Source of the DNA: Gammaproteobacteria bacterium
GTDB taxonomy: Bacteria; Pseudomonadota; Gammaproteobacteria; JAABTG01
Direction of reading: 5' to 3'
DNA length: 64,000 bases
Assembly: GCA_017999615.1 (NCBI GenBank)
Contig: JAGNLM010000001.1
Span: forward strand, 264,549-328,548
Both the position numbers and the translations under genes were made by a program. A model generated the notes under the pieces. It searched no databases, was not told the origin of the DNA, and saw only the letters and a program-made list of their open reading frames with translations. Positions within the stretch are counted from its first letter, which is position 1; the number at the start of each line of letters is the position of its first letter. Positions 32,356 to 49,086 of this stretch are shown here, piece after piece.

Positions 32356-33543
32356 ATGGCCTGGAACGAGCCGGGCGGGGGACGGGACCCCTGGGGCAGC
32401 AGTGGCAATCAGGGTCCTCCGGACCTCGACCAAGTCATCCGCAACCTGCAGAGCAAGCTCGGTGATCTCTTCGGCCGGGGCGGCTCCAGCGGGGGCGCGG
32501 GCCGGGCCGCCCGGTTCAACTCGCGCGGCCTCGGCATCGGCCTCGGGATATTGGCGGCGGTCTGGGCGGCGGCCGGTTTCTACATCATCGACCCCGCCGA
32601 GGAAGGCGTGGTCACCCGGTTCGGCGCCTACGTGCGCACCGCCGGCCCCGGGCCGCACTGGCTGCCGTACTTCATCGAGCGCGTCCAGAAGGTCAACGTC
32701 CAGCAGGTCCGCACCGCCGAGATCGGCTTCCGGTCCACGGGCCGGACCCAGGGCGCGGTGGGCAGCGAGGCCCTGATGCTGACCCAGGACGAGAACATCA
32801 TCGACGTGAAATTCGCGATCCAGTACCGGGTCAAGGACGCCCCCGACTATCTCTTCAACACCCGCGACCCGGACCGCATCCTGCGCGACGTCACCGAGTC
32901 CGCGGTGCGCGAGACGGTGGGCCGCAGCACGATGGACTTCGTCATCACCGAGGGCCGCAGCGCCATCTCCGCCTCCGTGCAGGATCTGGCGCAGTCGATC
33001 CTGGACCGCTACGGGACCGGGCTCGTCGTGACCAGCGTCAACATGCAGGACGCCCAGCCGCCTGCGCAGGTGCAGGAATCCTTCTACGATGCGGTCAAGG
33101 CGCGCGAGGACGAGGTCCGCTTCCGCAACGAGGCCGAGGCCTACGCCAACGAGATCCTGCCCAAGGCGCGCGGCGACGCCGACGCCATCCGGGAGCAGGG
33201 CGCCGCCTATCGGGCCCGCGTTTCGGCGGTCGCCGACGGTGAGGCGAGCCGTTTCCTGGCGGTACTGAAGGAGTACCAGAAGGCCCCGGGCGTCACCCGC
33301 GAGCGCATGTACCTCGACGCGATCGAGGACGTGCTCTCCCGCAGCACCCCGCTGGTCCTCGAGGCCGAGGGGTCCAACAACGTCCTCTACCTGCCGCTCG
33401 ACAAGCTCGGGGAGAAGGCGCGCGCTGGCGCAGGCACCGGCACCGGCACCGAGCCGGACGCCTCCGTGCGATCGACACTGGGGACGGCGGCCGTCGACGC
33501 GGCGCGGCGCAGCCGTGAGGACCTGCGGCGGAGGGACCGGTGA
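32356..33543 (+). CDS. hflK: FtsH protease modulator HflK (SPFH/band-7)
   Basis: Gly-rich N-terminus, single TM (LGIGLGILAAVWAAAGFYII), SPFH domain (..VVTRFGAYVRTAGPGPHW..). It sits immediately upstream of hflC. Confidence 0.88.
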   Translation: MAWNEPGGGRDPWGSSGNQGPPDLDQVIRNLQSKLGDLFGRGGSSGGAGRAARFNSRGLGIGLGILAAVWAAAGFYIIDPAEEGVVTRFGAYVRTAGPGPHWLPYFIERVQKVNVQQVRTAEIGFRSTGRTQGAVGSEALMLTQDENIIDVKFAIQYRVKDAPDYLFNTRDPDRILRDVTESAVRETVGRSTMDFVITEGRSAISASVQDLAQSILDRYGTGLVVTSVNMQDAQPPAQVQESFYDAVKAREDEVRFRNEAEAYANEILPKARGDADAIREQGAAYRARVSAVADGEASRFLAVLKEYQKAPGVTRERMYLDAIEDVLSRSTPLVLEAEGSNNVLYLPLDKLGEKARAGAGTGTGTEPDASVRSTLGTAAVDAARRSREDLRRRDR

Positions 33544-34412
33544 TGGCGCGCAGCAAGCTGTGGGTCTTCGTGCTGGGGCTGATGGTGGTCATCGGCGTCT
33601 TCTCGATCTTCACCGTGGAGCAGTGGCAGAAGGCCATCCTGTTCCAGTTGGGTAAGGTGGTGAGCTCGGACTACGAGGCCGGACTGCAGTTCAAGATCCC
33701 GGTCATCCAGAACGTGGAGAAGTTCGACGCCCGGCTGCAGACGCTCGAGTCCGACCCCGAGCTCTACTTGACGAGCGAGAAGAAGAACGTGCTCGTGGAC
33801 AGCTTCGTGCTGTGGCGGGTCAAGAACGTGGAGAGCTTCTACACCGCGACCGGCGGCAGCATCGCCCGGGCGGGGGCGCGCCTCGGCGAGTTCGTGCGCA
33901 AGGGCCTGAAGGACGAGTTCGGCAAGCGGACCATCCAGGAGGTGGTCTCGGGCAAGCGCGCGGACATCATGGACATCCTGACGGTGACCGCGAACGCCCA
34001 GGCCGAGCCGTTCGGCATCGAGATCGTCGACGTGCGCGTCAAGCGGATCGACCTGCCGACCGAGGTGAGCACCTCCGTCTACCAGCGCATGCAGGCCGAG
34101 CGCCAGCGCGTCGCGCGCGACTTCCGCTCCCGCGGCGAGGAGGAGGCGAAGCGCATCCGCGCCCGGGCCGAGCGTGAGAGGGAGGTCATCCTGGCCGAGG
34201 CCGAGCGCGACGCCCAGCGCGTGCGCGGCGAGGGCGACGGCCAGGCCGCCGAGACCTACGCGAAGGCGTACGGGGAGGACGCGGAGTTCTACGCGTTCTA
34301 CCGCAGCCTGGGGGCCTACCGGGCCTCGTTCGACAGTCCGTCGGACGTGATCCTGCTGGGGCCGGACAACGACTTCTTCCGCTACTTCAAGAGCCAGAAA
34401 GGCGGTCAGTAA
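33540..34412 (+). CDS. hflC: FtsH protease modulator HflC (SPFH/band-7)
   Basis: MMARSKLWVFVLGLMVVIGVFSIFTVEQWQKAILFQLGKVV.., an SPFH domain. Its start overlaps the hflK stop. Confidence 0.9.
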   Translation: MMARSKLWVFVLGLMVVIGVFSIFTVEQWQKAILFQLGKVVSSDYEAGLQFKIPVIQNVEKFDARLQTLESDPELYLTSEKKNVLVDSFVLWRVKNVESFYTATGGSIARAGARLGEFVRKGLKDEFGKRTIQEVVSGKRADIMDILTVTANAQAEPFGIEIVDVRVKRIDLPTEVSTSVYQRMQAERQRVARDFRSRGEEEAKRIRARAEREREVILAEAERDAQRVRGEGDGQAAETYAKAYGEDAEFYAFYRSLGAYRASFDSPSDVILLGPDNDFFRYFKSQKGGQ

Positions 34413-34517
34413 CGGAGCCGGGTGAGCCGCGCGACCGGGGGGCCAACCCCCGGTCGTCGTTTCCGGGGCGCGGCGTCTCGGGAGTCCTCCGAATGGACCC
34501 GGCGCAACGGAGCAGCC

Positions 34518-34703
34518 ATGTGGGACGACCTCCTTGCCGCGCTCGCCCTCGTGTTCGTCTTCGAGGGTCTGATGCCATTCGTCAGTCCAGCGACCCTGCG
34601 CAGGACGCTCGCCCGGGTCGAGGGGATGAGTGACGGCGCCCTTCGCTTCACCGGGCTCTCCAGCATGCTGCTGGGCCTCCTGATCCTGAATCTCGTCCGC
34701 TGA
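34518..34703 (+). CDS. Small DUF2065-family membrane protein (YjeT-like)
   Basis: 61 aa with two hydrophobic helices ([24 protein letters not shown].., ..[18 protein letters not shown]). It sits in the conserved position between hflC and purA/hisZ. SD GGAG is 5 nt upstream, and its stop overlaps the hisZ ATG. Confidence 0.6.
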   Translation: MWDDLLAALALVFVFEGLMPFVSPATLRRTLARVEGMSDGALRFTGLSSMLLGLLILNLVR

Positions 34704-35914
34704 TGAGCGCCCGCGACCGTTGGCTGCTGCCCGAAGGCATCGCCGAGGTCCTCCCGGCGGAGGCCGCCGCGCTCGAGCGGGCCCGGCGCCGGTTGCTCGA
34801 CCTCTTCGAGCGCTGGGGCTACGAACTGGTCGTGCCGCCCTTCGTCGAGTACCTGGAGTCCCTGCTCACGGGCACGGGCGGGGACCTCGACCTGCAGACC
34901 TTCAAGCTCACGGACCAACTGACCGGCCGGCTGATGGGGGTCCGGGCGGACATGACGCCCCAGGTGGCCCGCATCGACGCTCACAGCCTGCGCCGGGTGG
35001 GGCCGGTGCGCCTGTGCTACCTCGGCACGGTGCTGCACACGCTCCCGGACGGGATTGCCCGCAGCCGCAGCCCGATCCAGGTCGGCGCAGAGCTCTACGG
35101 GCACGCCGGGATGGAGAGCGACGTCGAGGTGCTCTGCCTGATGCTGGAGTCGCTCGCCTCCGCCGGTGTGCGCCCGGTGCACGTGGACCTCGGGCACGTC
35201 GGGGTGTTCCGGGGGCTCGCCCGGGAGGCGCGCCTCGACGCGGAGCAGGAGCGGCAGCTCTTCGATGCGCTCCAGCGCAAGGCGGTCCCGGAGGTGGAGG
35301 AGTGGCTCGCGCGCTGGGAGCTGCCCGCGCCGGTGCGCGCGCGGCTCTCCGCCCTGCCCGTGCTGAACGGAGGCCGTGAGGTCCTCGGCGAGGCGGCCGC
35401 GGTGCTCGCCGGGGCGGGGGAGGCCGTGCGGGGCTGCCTGAGCGACCTCGACCAGGTGGCGCGGGCGATGGCCGCGCGCAGGCCCGAGGTCCCGCTCCAC
35501 TTCGACCTGGCGGAGCTCCGGGGGTACCGTTACCACACGGGCCTCGTGTTCGCCGCGTTCGTTCCCGGGCACGGCCAGGAGGTGGCGCGCGGTGGGCGCT
35601 ACGACGAGGTGGGCCGGGTGTTCGGCCGGGCGCGGCCGGCGCGGGGCTTCAGCACGGACCTGATGACCCTGATCGCTCTCGGCGACGTGCGGGCGCCCGC
35701 CCCGCGCTCCGGGATCCTGGCGCCCTGGTCGGACGCGCCCGGGCTGCTCGCCGCGGTGCGGGACCTGCGGGCTGCCGGCGAGCGGGTCGTGAGCGCGCTC
35801 CCGGGTGCGCCGGCCGACCCGGGGGAACTGGGCTGCGACCGTGTGCTGGTGGAGCACGAGGCGCGCTGGGTGGTCGAGGCGCTGTCCACCCCGTTACTGC
35901 GGGAGCCCGGCTGA
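34703..35914 (+). CDS. hisZ: ATP phosphoribosyltransferase regulatory subunit HisZ (HisRS paralogue)
   Basis: ..[11 protein letters not shown].., ..[18 protein letters not shown].. and ..[10 protein letters not shown].. are class-II aaRS-like motifs without an anticodon-binding domain. ~400 aa. hisZ-purA adjacency. Confidence 0.82.
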   Translation: MSARDRWLLPEGIAEVLPAEAAALERARRRLLDLFERWGYELVVPPFVEYLESLLTGTGGDLDLQTFKLTDQLTGRLMGVRADMTPQVARIDAHSLRRVGPVRLCYLGTVLHTLPDGIARSRSPIQVGAELYGHAGMESDVEVLCLMLESLASAGVRPVHVDLGHVGVFRGLAREARLDAEQERQLFDALQRKAVPEVEEWLARWELPAPVRARLSALPVLNGGREVLGEAAAVLAGAGEAVRGCLSDLDQVARAMAARRPEVPLHFDLAELRGYRYHTGLVFAAFVPGHGQEVARGGRYDEVGRVFGRARPARGFSTDLMTLIALGDVRAPAPRSGILAPWSDAPGLLAAVRDLRAAGERVVSALPGAPADPGELGCDRVLVEHEARWVVEALSTPLLREPG

Positions 35915-36006
35915 GGTCTCGGCGTGGCGCGGGCTTCCGGGCGCGGCGCGGACCTCCGGATGCGCTCCCCGCTTCCGGGGGTCGCGCGGACCTCCGGGTA
36001 CGGCCT

Positions 36007-36076
36007 CGCGGGACACGCCGCAAGTACATCCCTGTAGGCTCGTCTGCCGCCGTCCCTGGCGGCAGACGGTCCCGCG
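36007..36076. repeat. REP-like nested-palindrome element, copy B (hisZ-purA intergenic, inverted orientation)
   Basis: CGCGGGACACGCCGCAAGTACATCCCTGTAGGCTCGTCTGCCGCCGTCCCTGGCGGCAGACGGTCCCGCG, the reverse complement of the core at 21390 and 37541. An upstream 14-bp direct repeat GCGCGGACCTCCGG occurs at 35946 and 35983. Confidence 0.85.
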
Positions 36077-36128
36077 AAACCGCACCCGAGGTCCGGCGAT
36101 GGCCCGGCCACTCGATACGAAGGCCTGA

Positions 36129-37436
<1,308 letters not shown>

Positions 37437-37518
37437 GGACCCCGCGGTCCGGTATCCCGTAAAGGAGCGGTCGTGGTGCGCGGGGTGGGGAACGGCGGGG
37501 TGGAGAGGTAGCGGTAGG

Positions 37519-37630
37519 GCAGGGGGTGGGCAGGGGCTTGCGGGACCGTCTGCCGCCAGGGACGGCGGCAGACGAGCCTACAGGGACGTACTTGCGGCGT
37601 GTCCCGCAAGCCCCTGCCCACCCCCTGCCG
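37519..37630. repeat. REP-like nested-palindrome element, copy C (between convergent purA and the EF-hand membrane protein gene)
   Basis: 29-bp outer arms GGCAGGGGGTGGGCAGGGGCTTGCGGGAC / GTCCCGCAAGCCCCTGCCCACCCCCTGCC (perfect reverse complements) flank the same core (..CGTCTGCCGCCAGGGACGGCGGCAGACGAGCCTACAGGGACGTACTTGCGGCGTGTCCC..). Confidence 0.85.
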
Positions 37631-37704
37631 TCGAGCCTCGGCGTGTTCCGCCGGACCTCACGGGCCCAAAATGCTGGGTGTGAGGTCCGGCGCCCAAGCT
37701 GGCG

Positions 37705-40110
37705 TCAGTCCTTTTCCGGTGCCGGCTTCTGGGTGGCCGGTTTCTCAGCCGCTGGTTTCTCGCTCGCCGGCTTGTCGGGGGCGGGCTTTGCCGCTGCTGG
37801 CTTCTCGGCAGGCTTCTCCGCTGCAGGCTTCGCCTCGACGGGGGCGGCCGGCTTGGCCTCAGCCGGAGCGGCCGGCTGCGCCTCGGCGGCGGGCGCGGCG
37901 CCGGCCTCCTGTTTCTTGGCGTCGCCCTGCACCTGGTGCACCCGGGCCGCGAAGGTGTCCCACCACTGCTTCAGGTAGCCCTGGTAACCGAGGAAGCCCA
38001 GGGCCCCCACCAGGATCGCGAGCACCGTGTAGGTCTTCCAGGGCCGCTTCTTCTCCGCGTACGGGTCCTGCAGCGAGCGCTCGGCGCCCGGGGGGAGCTT
38101 CGCGGTCGAGGTGAGGGAGCCGCCGAAGGGGATGTTGATCTTCGCGAGCGTGTTGATGGCCCAGCCGTTGGCGTCGAGGATGGGACCGAGGTTGCGCTGG
38201 CGCAGCTTCAGGTACGCAATCACCATCGACGGCCCGGAAATGGCCAGGATGATGCCGACGATGGCGAGCGGCATCTCGATGGGGGAGAGTGCCAGGAAGC
38301 CCGTCAGCACCGAGGCGATGGCCGTGCCGATGGCGCCGATGGCCAGGCCGATGGCGGCGAAGATACCGGCGAACTTGGCGATGTCGAAGGGCGGTGGCGG
38401 CGGTGCCTTGCCCGCCTCGACCTTCGTGGAGACGTCGACGACCCCGGCAGCGGCCTGGTCCTGCACCGCCTTCTCGCGTGCCCCCGCGACCTTCTCGATC
38501 TGCTCCCCGATCATCCGGGCGATGCGCTTGTACGGTGACCAGAACGCCTGACCCACGCTGATGGGGTGGTCGATGATCTTGGTGATGGTCGCGTCCCAGT
38601 CGCGACCCTTGCGGTCGTAGAAGACGCCGTTGCGCCCCACGAGGAGGTTGTCGGAATCTCCCGCCGTGAAGGCACAGGCGACGGTCATCTTCTCGTCACT
38701 GCCCCGGCGCACACAGTCGCAGTAGGCCAGGTAGGTGCGGCTCAGGTTGGCGAGCGAACCGTGCTTGGTGGCGTCCTCGACGCGTACGCAGAGGTCGCAG
38801 CTGCGGCCGTCCAGGTACAGGGTGCCGGCCTGGAAGATCGCCTTCTTCTTGCCCGTGTAGAAGTCGCGGAAGGAGACGAAGTTGTTGAGCAGCGTGTAGA
38901 GGTCCCGGTAGTAGCGGGCGAGCCGGTCCACCGAGTCGATGGCGCTCGCCTCGGCCTCGAGGGCGGCGTCCTGGGCGAGCAGCGCCTGGACCGTCTCCTG
39001 ACTGCCGTTGCCGAGGACCTCGCGCACGCGGTCGAGGCCGAGCGGCTCGGCGACGGTGCCCTTCTTGCGCGCGAGCCATGCCTCGTGGGCGGCGAACTTC
39101 GAGGAGATCTCGGCCCACTCCGCGGCACTCAGGCTCTTGCGCGACCCGAGAAGCGGTTCGACCACCCGGCTGCGCAGCTGGGCGATGGCGCCGGCCCAGG
39201 CCGGGTTCACCCCGTCGCCGAGGGGCAGGGCGCCGCCGGCCTCGATGCGGGCGAGCGGCAGGGCGGCGACCTCTTCGGTGCCGGGCGAAAGGGTGCGCCC
39301 CGAGAGGGCCTCGTAGCCCGTGAGGGCAGGGTTCAAGGGTCCGGCGGCGCGCGGGTCGAAGACCGCGAGGCCGCAGCGGGTGAAGAAGTCGTCGACCTTG
39401 GCCTTCACGGCCTCGAAGACGGCCGACGCGGCGGCGGTGTCGTCGCCGAGGGGCCGCAGTCCGGCGTCGTTCTCGGACTCCGCCCACCAGTCGGAGTAGG
39501 CGCGGGCCTCGTCGAAGAAGGTGTCCACCAGCTGCTGGTCCACCCCGGGGCCGCCCGAGCGGTCGGTCTTGGCCCCGAGGAGCTTGATCACGTCCTCGAT
39601 GACGGACTTGACGGCGGGGTCCTCGGCCGCCTCGGGCGGGATCACACCGTCACCGTTGAACCGGGTCTGGGCGAAGATCCGGGTGGTGTCGGAGGTGTCC
39701 TCGACCGCGATGGAATCGGCCTTCGCCTTGCCGAGGTAGGTGAGGATCTGACGGGCGGAGGCGAGGAGCTTCTTGCCCTCGGGCTTGCTGTCGTCGATGG
39801 CCGCGAGGGGCAGGGCGGTCCCGCACCGGGTGATGTCGCCGGGGTTCTTCAGCACGGAGCAGGCCCACTTCACCGCGGCGAGGATCTCGGGGGCGCGGAT
39901 GCGGCCGTCCTTGTCGGCGTCCAGGATCGCGAGGGTCTTCTCGTCGAATTCCACGCCCTGGGTCGGGCAGGCGAGCGCCGCCCAGAGCTTCTGATCGAGG
40001 GATTCCAGGTTGCGCAGGTCCTCGGCGGTCTCGAGCCGGACCTGGTCGAATCCGCCGGAGCGGAAGAACCGCCACTTGTGCTGGTGGCCGGCGTTGTTCT
40101 CGTTCGCCAT
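37705..40110 (-). CDS. Large (801 aa) uncharacterised membrane-anchored protein: cytoplasmic N-domain with an EF-hand-like Ca-binding loop, three C-terminal TM helices and an Ala/Lys/Pro/Glu-rich repeat tail
   Basis: Strong SD (GGAGGAGG, 6 nt) before ATG MANENNAGHQHKWRFFRSGGFDQ.. DxDxDG loop ..LAILDADKDGRIRAPEI.. A Cys-rich conserved block ..LYLDGRSCDLCVRVEDATKHGSLANLSRTYLAYCDCVRRG..MTVACAFTAGDSDN.. TM helices ..FAGIFAAIGLAIGAIGTAIASVLTGFLAL.., ..LAIVGIILAISGPSMVIAYL.., ..YTVLAILVGALGFLGYQGY.. The tail is (AxKPAxE)n: ..AEAKPAAPVEAKPAAEKPAEKPAAAKPAPDKPASEKPAAEKPATQKPAPEKD. I recognised no family. The 1447-aa track ORF 37705..42048 is this gene plus an antisense over-extension. Confidence 0.7.
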   Translation of the reverse strand: MANENNAGHQHKWRFFRSGGFDQVRLETAEDLRNLESLDQKLWAALACPTQGVEFDEKTLAILDADKDGRIRAPEILAAVKWACSVLKNPGDITRCGTALPLAAIDDSKPEGKKLLASARQILTYLGKAKADSIAVEDTSDTTRIFAQTRFNGDGVIPPEAAEDPAVKSVIEDVIKLLGAKTDRSGGPGVDQQLVDTFFDEARAYSDWWAESENDAGLRPLGDDTAAASAVFEAVKAKVDDFFTRCGLAVFDPRAAGPLNPALTGYEALSGRTLSPGTEEVAALPLARIEAGGALPLGDGVNPAWAGAIAQLRSRVVEPLLGSRKSLSAAEWAEISSKFAAHEAWLARKKGTVAEPLGLDRVREVLGNGSQETVQALLAQDAALEAEASAIDSVDRLARYYRDLYTLLNNFVSFRDFYTGKKKAIFQAGTLYLDGRSCDLCVRVEDATKHGSLANLSRTYLAYCDCVRRGSDEKMTVACAFTAGDSDNLLVGRNGVFYDRKGRDWDATITKIIDHPISVGQAFWSPYKRIARMIGEQIEKVAGAREKAVQDQAAAGVVDVSTKVEAGKAPPPPPFDIAKFAGIFAAIGLAIGAIGTAIASVLTGFLALSPIEMPLAIVGIILAISGPSMVIAYLKLRQRNLGPILDANGWAINTLAKINIPFGGSLTSTAKLPPGAERSLQDPYAEKKRPWKTYTVLAILVGALGFLGYQGYLKQWWDTFAARVHQVQGDAKKQEAGAAPAAEAQPAAPAEAKPAAPVEAKPAAEKPAEKPAAAKPAPDKPASEKPAAEKPATQKPAPEKD

Positions 40111-40368
40111 CGGATGCCTCCTCCAAAAGCGTTTATCGTTCTGGGGCAGCGCCGTTCCGGCGACCGATTCGCCTGAGTACGCCCCGGGGACGGTGGGCAG
40201 GGTAAGGTCTGCCGCTGCCGACTGCAACGTTCGGGAGGCCATTGAGCCCTGCCTGGAAGTCCAGGGAGAGCCGCCTGAGCCGCTCGATTTCGTAGGGGGC
40301 CAGCGCCGAGTGCCAAGCCCGAGTTGGGCGAGCGCCCAGCGGGCCAGGATTGCCCTACCATCGGCGCC

Positions 40369-46260
<5,892 letters not shown>

Positions 46261-46299
46261 GGCCGGACCGGGAAGGCCGCGCCCGCCCCCGCGTCCCCA

Positions 46300-47373
46300 T
46301 CAGGACGCCTTCGTGAGCAGGGCCCCGCGGCGCTCTCCGTCCGCTCCCTGCGCGAACACTCGAGCGAGGGTGATCGCCACGTGGATCCGGCACCCCGGCT
46401 CGATGCCGTGCAGCAGCGAGCTCCTGCGGGGGAACTGGGAGAAGATGGCGCCGGCCCCGTCGATGACGGCCTCGACCTTCACCCGGTCGCCGAGGGTGGT
46501 CATGCGCGTCACGGTGGCGATGCCGGCGGCGTCGTCGCGCCAGAACTTCAGGTCGTAGAAGCGCAGCACCGCGGTCGCCCGGGTGCCGTCGGGGAGCTCG
46601 GGGACCGGGATGGCGAGCGCGCCGACCCGGATCAGCCCGTCCTGGGCGCTGCCCTCGTAAACGTTGGCCTCGCCGATGAAGCGGGCGACGAATTCGGTCT
46701 CCGGGTAGTCCAGGATGTCGTCGGGGCGACCGGCCTGCTCGAGGCGTCCGCGGTGGATGACCATCACCCGGTCGGCGACCGAGAAGGCCTCCTCCTGGTC
46801 GTGGGTGACGAAGATGCTGGTGACGTGGACCTCGTCGTGCAGGCGCCGGAGCCAGTGCCGGAGCTCCTCGCGGACCTTGGCATCGACCGCGCCGAAGGGC
46901 TCGTCGAGCAGCAGCACCCGGGGCTCGGGGGCGAGCGCCCGGGCGAGTGCGACCCGCTGGCGCTGGCCGCCGGAGAGCTGCGCGGGGTAGCGGTCCCCGA
47001 GGCCCTGCAGGCCCATCAGGGCGAGGAGCTCGGCGACCCGCGCGGCCTTGCGCTTGCGCCGGGCGCCCTGGACGTTGAGCCCGAAGGCGATGTTCTCGGC
47101 GACCGTCATGTGGCGGAAGAGCGCGTAGTGCTGGAACACGAACCCGACGCCCCGGGCGCGGGCGTGCAGGTGGTCGGCGCGCCCGCCGTCGAACCAGATC
47201 TCGCCGGCATCGGCCGTTTCGAGGCCGGCGATGATGCGCAGGATGGTGCTCTTGCCGCTCCCGGAGGGGCCGAGGAAGGCGACGAGCTCGCCGCTCGCGA
47301 CCTCCAGCGTGACGTCGTCGACGGCGAGGAAGTCGTGGAAGCGCTTGGTGAGGTTGCGGACGTGGATGCTCAT
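46300..47373 (-). CDS. cysA: Sulfate/thiosulfate ABC transporter ATP-binding protein
   Basis: [52 protein letters not shown].., [27 protein letters not shown], and the C-terminal TOBE/MOP-like domain. Confidence 0.9.
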   Translation of the reverse strand: MSIHVRNLTKRFHDFLAVDDVTLEVASGELVAFLGPSGSGKSTILRIIAGLETADAGEIWFDGGRADHLHARARGVGFVFQHYALFRHMTVAENIAFGLNVQGARRKRKAARVAELLALMGLQGLGDRYPAQLSGGQRQRVALARALAPEPRVLLLDEPFGAVDAKVREELRHWLRRLHDEVHVTSIFVTHDQEEAFSVADRVMVIHRGRLEQAGRPDDILDYPETEFVARFIGEANVYEGSAQDGLIRVGALAIPVPELPDGTRATAVLRFYDLKFWRDDAAGIATVTRMTTLGDRVKVEAVIDGAGAIFSQFPRRSSLLHGIEPGCRIHVAITLARVFAQGADGERRGALLTKAS

Positions 47374-47377
47374 GGGC

Positions 47378-48256
47378 TCAACGCTCCCGGGCGCGCCGGC
47401 GTTTCAGCCACTCGAGGAGCGCGAGGAGCACCACGCTCGCCAGCGCGAGGACGAGGGCGATGGCGTAGGCGGCGCTCTCCTGGCGCTCCTCGAGGGCGTT
47501 GTAGATGAAGGTGGTGGCGGTCTCGGTGTGCCCGGAGATGGCCCCGCCCAGGATGAGCACGGCGCCGAACTCCCCGAGCGCGCGGGCGGTGGTGAGCACC
47601 ACCCCGTAGCCGAGCGCGTAACGGATGTTGGGCAGCGTCACCCGCCAGAAGGTCTGCCAGGGCGAGGCGCCGAGGGTGGCGGCGGCCTCCTCCTCGCTCG
47701 TGCCGAGCTCCTCCAGCACGTAGGCGACCTCGCGCAGCGTGAACGGGAAGGTGACGAAGAGGGTGGCGAGCACGAGGCCCGGGAAGGCGAAGGTGACCTT
47801 CCAGTCGAGCGCCTCGAGCGCGGGCTCGAGCCAGCCCCCGCGCCCGAACACCAGCAGGAAGGCGAGGCCCGTCATCACCGGCGAGACCGCGAGCGGCAGG
47901 TCGACGAGGGCGTCCAGCACCCGCCGGCCGAGGAAACGGTCACGGGTGAGCACGAGCGCCCCGGCGATGCCGAAGAGGCCGTTCGCGAGGAGGGCGATGG
48001 CCGCGAGCGCGAGCGAGAGCCAGAGGCCGTGGCGGGCCGCCGGATCGGCGAAGACCGCCAGCAGCGGTCCCGGCCCCCGCGCGAGGGCCTGGGTGACGAT
48101 GGCCGAGAGGGGCAGGAGGAGGACCCCGCCGAGGTAGAGGGCGACCGCGCCGACGAGGAGCCACTGCCCGGCGGAGAGGTGGCGGGTCGGGGCCCGGCTA
48201 GCCACGGCCGCGACCTCCCGGCGCCGTGCCCGCCACAGACCGCCGCGGCCCTGCAC
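47378..48256 (-). CDS. cysW: Sulfate ABC transporter permease CysW
   Basis: 6-TM MetI-like permease carrying the EAA-loop region ..[15 protein letters not shown].. It sits between cysT and cysA, with overlapping stop/start codons. Confidence 0.85.
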   Translation of the reverse strand: MQGRGGLWRARRREVAAVASRAPTRHLSAGQWLLVGAVALYLGGVLLLPLSAIVTQALARGPGPLLAVFADPAARHGLWLSLALAAIALLANGLFGIAGALVLTRDRFLGRRVLDALVDLPLAVSPVMTGLAFLLVFGRGGWLEPALEALDWKVTFAFPGLVLATLFVTFPFTLREVAYVLEELGTSEEEAAATLGASPWQTFWRVTLPNIRYALGYGVVLTTARALGEFGAVLILGGAISGHTETATTFIYNALEERQESAAYAIALVLALASVVLLALLEWLKRRRARER

Positions 48257-48258
48257 CG

Positions 48259-49086
48259 CTAGCCACGGCGCACCCCGGTGAGGCGCTCGATGGCGTGGGC
48301 GGCGAAGGTGAGCGCGAGGGCGACGGCCAGCAGCGCCACCGAGAGCGCGGCGGCCACCTGCGGGCGCCCGCTCTCGATCTCCCCGAAGACGTAGATGGGG
48401 GCGGTCAGGGTCTGGTAGGGGATGTTGCCCGAGACCACCACGATGGACCCGAACTCCCCGAGCGCCCGGGCGTAGGAGCGGATGGTGCCCGAGAGGATGG
48501 CGGGCAGGAGCGGGGGCAGCAGCACGCGGCGGAACACGGTGAAGGTGCCGGCGCCGAGCGTGCGCGCGGCCTCCTCCTCGGCGGGGTCCTGTTCCAGCAG
48601 CACGGGCTCGACCGCCCGCACCACGAAGGGCACGGTAATGAAGAGGAGTGCGAGCACGATGCTCGGGGTGGCGAAGGCGACCGGCAGGCCCTGGGCGTGG
48701 AGCCAGCCGCCGAGGGCGGACTGGGGGCCGAAGAGGAGCACCAGCATCACCCCGGTGACGAGCGTCGGGATGGCGAAGGGCAGGTCGACGAGGCCCGAGA
48801 GGAGCCCCCGGCCCGGGAACTCGTAGCGCACCAGGACCCAGGCGGTCGCGGTGCCCATCACCGCGTTGACGAGCGCCATCACCCCGGCGGTCCAGAGGGT
48901 GCGGGCGAGGGCGTCGGCGGCGACCGGCGAGGTGACCGCCTGCCAGAGGGCCGTGACCCCCTCGCCGAGCCCGCTCGCCAGCAACGCGGCGAGGGGCACG
49001 GCGACGAGCAGGCCGACGTAGCTGACGACCCCCCAGCGGACGGCGATGCCGCCCGCGCTGGGCTCGACCGCGGGGCCGACCGGCAT
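48259..49086 (-). CDS. cysT: Sulfate ABC transporter permease CysT (CysU)
   Basis: ..[27 protein letters not shown].. EAA motif, 6 TM. Its start overlaps the sbp stop. Confidence 0.85.
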   Translation of the reverse strand: MPVGPAVEPSAGGIAVRWGVVSYVGLLVAVPLAALLASGLGEGVTALWQAVTSPVAADALARTLWTAGVMALVNAVMGTATAWVLVRYEFPGRGLLSGLVDLPFAIPTLVTGVMLVLLFGPQSALGGWLHAQGLPVAFATPSIVLALLFITVPFVVRAVEPVLLEQDPAEEEAARTLGAGTFTVFRRVLLPPLLPAILSGTIRSYARALGEFGSIVVVSGNIPYQTLTAPIYVFGEIESGRPQVAAALSVALLAVALALTFAAHAIERLTGVRRG

